Source of the DNA: Blasia pusilla
Taxonomy: Eukaryota
Direction of reading: 5' to 3'
DNA length: 64,000 bases
Assembly (NCBI GenBank): GCA_050084515.1
Contig: CM114271.1
Span: 43,524,001 to 43,588,000, forward strand
Below, piece by piece: positions 63,501 to 64,000 of this stretch. Each line of letters opens with the position of its first letter. Within the stretch, counting starts at the first letter, position 1. The notes under the pieces are model-generated. The model worked only from the letters and a program-made list of their open reading frames with translations. It was not told where the DNA came from and did not search any database. Both the position numbers and the translations under genes were made by a program.

Positions 63501-63640
63501 CTCGGGCAGGGAAAACGGGTCTCAAAGAGACCTGTGATACAACCAAGGTAGGACCTCAACCACTCCCATGCCTCGGGAGGGGGCGATGATGCATGAAGCA
63601 CCGGTGAGCATCCATGATCGACTAGAGGAACCACCCATCC
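60600..63640 (-). mobile_element. Non-LTR retrotransposon with RT and restriction-like endonuclease (CRE-like), probably 5'-truncated
   Basis: One reading frame from 63634 to 60674 with a single internal TGA (63374-63376). No APE domain, poly(A) tail or TSD recognised. Boundaries are approximate. Confidence 0.88.
60674..63634 (-). pseudogene. RT-CCHC-RLE polyprotein with one premature stop (883-aa open portion at 60674-63325)
   Basis: RT motifs GGIRPIAIGE, QFGVAMPAGCE, LQVDVENAFNSVSR, GTRQGDPLG, LADDTHI, VLGVPLG and GGVGL. Zn knuckle CECRQSLDPLCVHLARC. RLE-type RIATHDAVRD..VDF..VVADVIVTDP..KK..FILLAIEMYG. Confidence 0.9.
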
Positions 63641-63678
63641 GATTTTATCAAAGTTAGGAAATAAACTTTGATAAAATC
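63641..63678. repeat. Perfect 15-bp inverted repeat at the retrotransposon 5' junction
   Basis: GATTTTATCAAAGTT-AGGAAATA-AACTTTGATAAAATC. Confidence 0.9.
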
Positions 63679-64000
63679 ACTCATTCAGGAATTCGGAACC
63701 ATTTAGTTGTGAAATCAACAACATGAGTTGTCTTGGAAACATTCAAAGCATTACAACAAAACGAGACAACAAAGAGGACCCTAATACCTACATGAGAAAC
63801 CCTAAAACGACAAAATCTACAAAACAAAATAAAATGAAAAATACTTCACTAGAAGATTGACACAACGGATCAAAACGTAGAGGAAGTCGGTATCTCCGTT
63901 TTAATATAACACACGACCCCCCTCCATCCTCCATCCCACCATCAATCTCCTTCCCATCCCCGCCGCCATCCCGTGGAGCTCTGCCGCGCCCTCCCGTAGA

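Noticed and set aside
63229-63546. Separate ORF1 or frameshifted ORF of the retrotransposon
   Set aside because: The upstream coding frame is 63374-63634, in frame with the main ORF across one stop codon.

Overview
Eukaryotic nuclear DNA from a plant. Spliceosomal introns, a reticulon-fused sterol dehydrogenase and the transposon content show this; a non-seed land plant is my inference. The left ~36 kb is mostly decayed, nested transposons: the 3' tip of a CRE-like RLE retrotransposon, two Helitron remnants, a CACTA/En-Spm element with LTR insertions, LTR-retrotransposon fragments, tandem repeats and a hAT-type MITE. One Helitron appears split by an ~8.4-kb inversion. The right part holds three intact host genes, reconstructed by hand: an Integrator subunit 8 (INTS8)-like gene (-, 5 exons, ~1444 aa), a small Gly-rich membrane protein of unknown function (+, 3 exons, 196 aa) and a 3beta-hydroxysteroid dehydrogenase/C4-decarboxylase-reticulon gene (-, 12 exons, 571 aa). 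It also holds a Ty3/gypsy remnant and a nearly intact RT + restriction-like endonuclease (CRE-type) non-LTR retrotransposon. I found no rRNA, tRNA or CRISPR. I cannot claim a new system. The best leads are the plant INTS8 with a PP2A-recruiting-like motif, the CRE-type family (two copies), the Helitron-splitting inversion and an interleaved inverted-repeat structure. Family assignments come from recalled motifs, not database searches.
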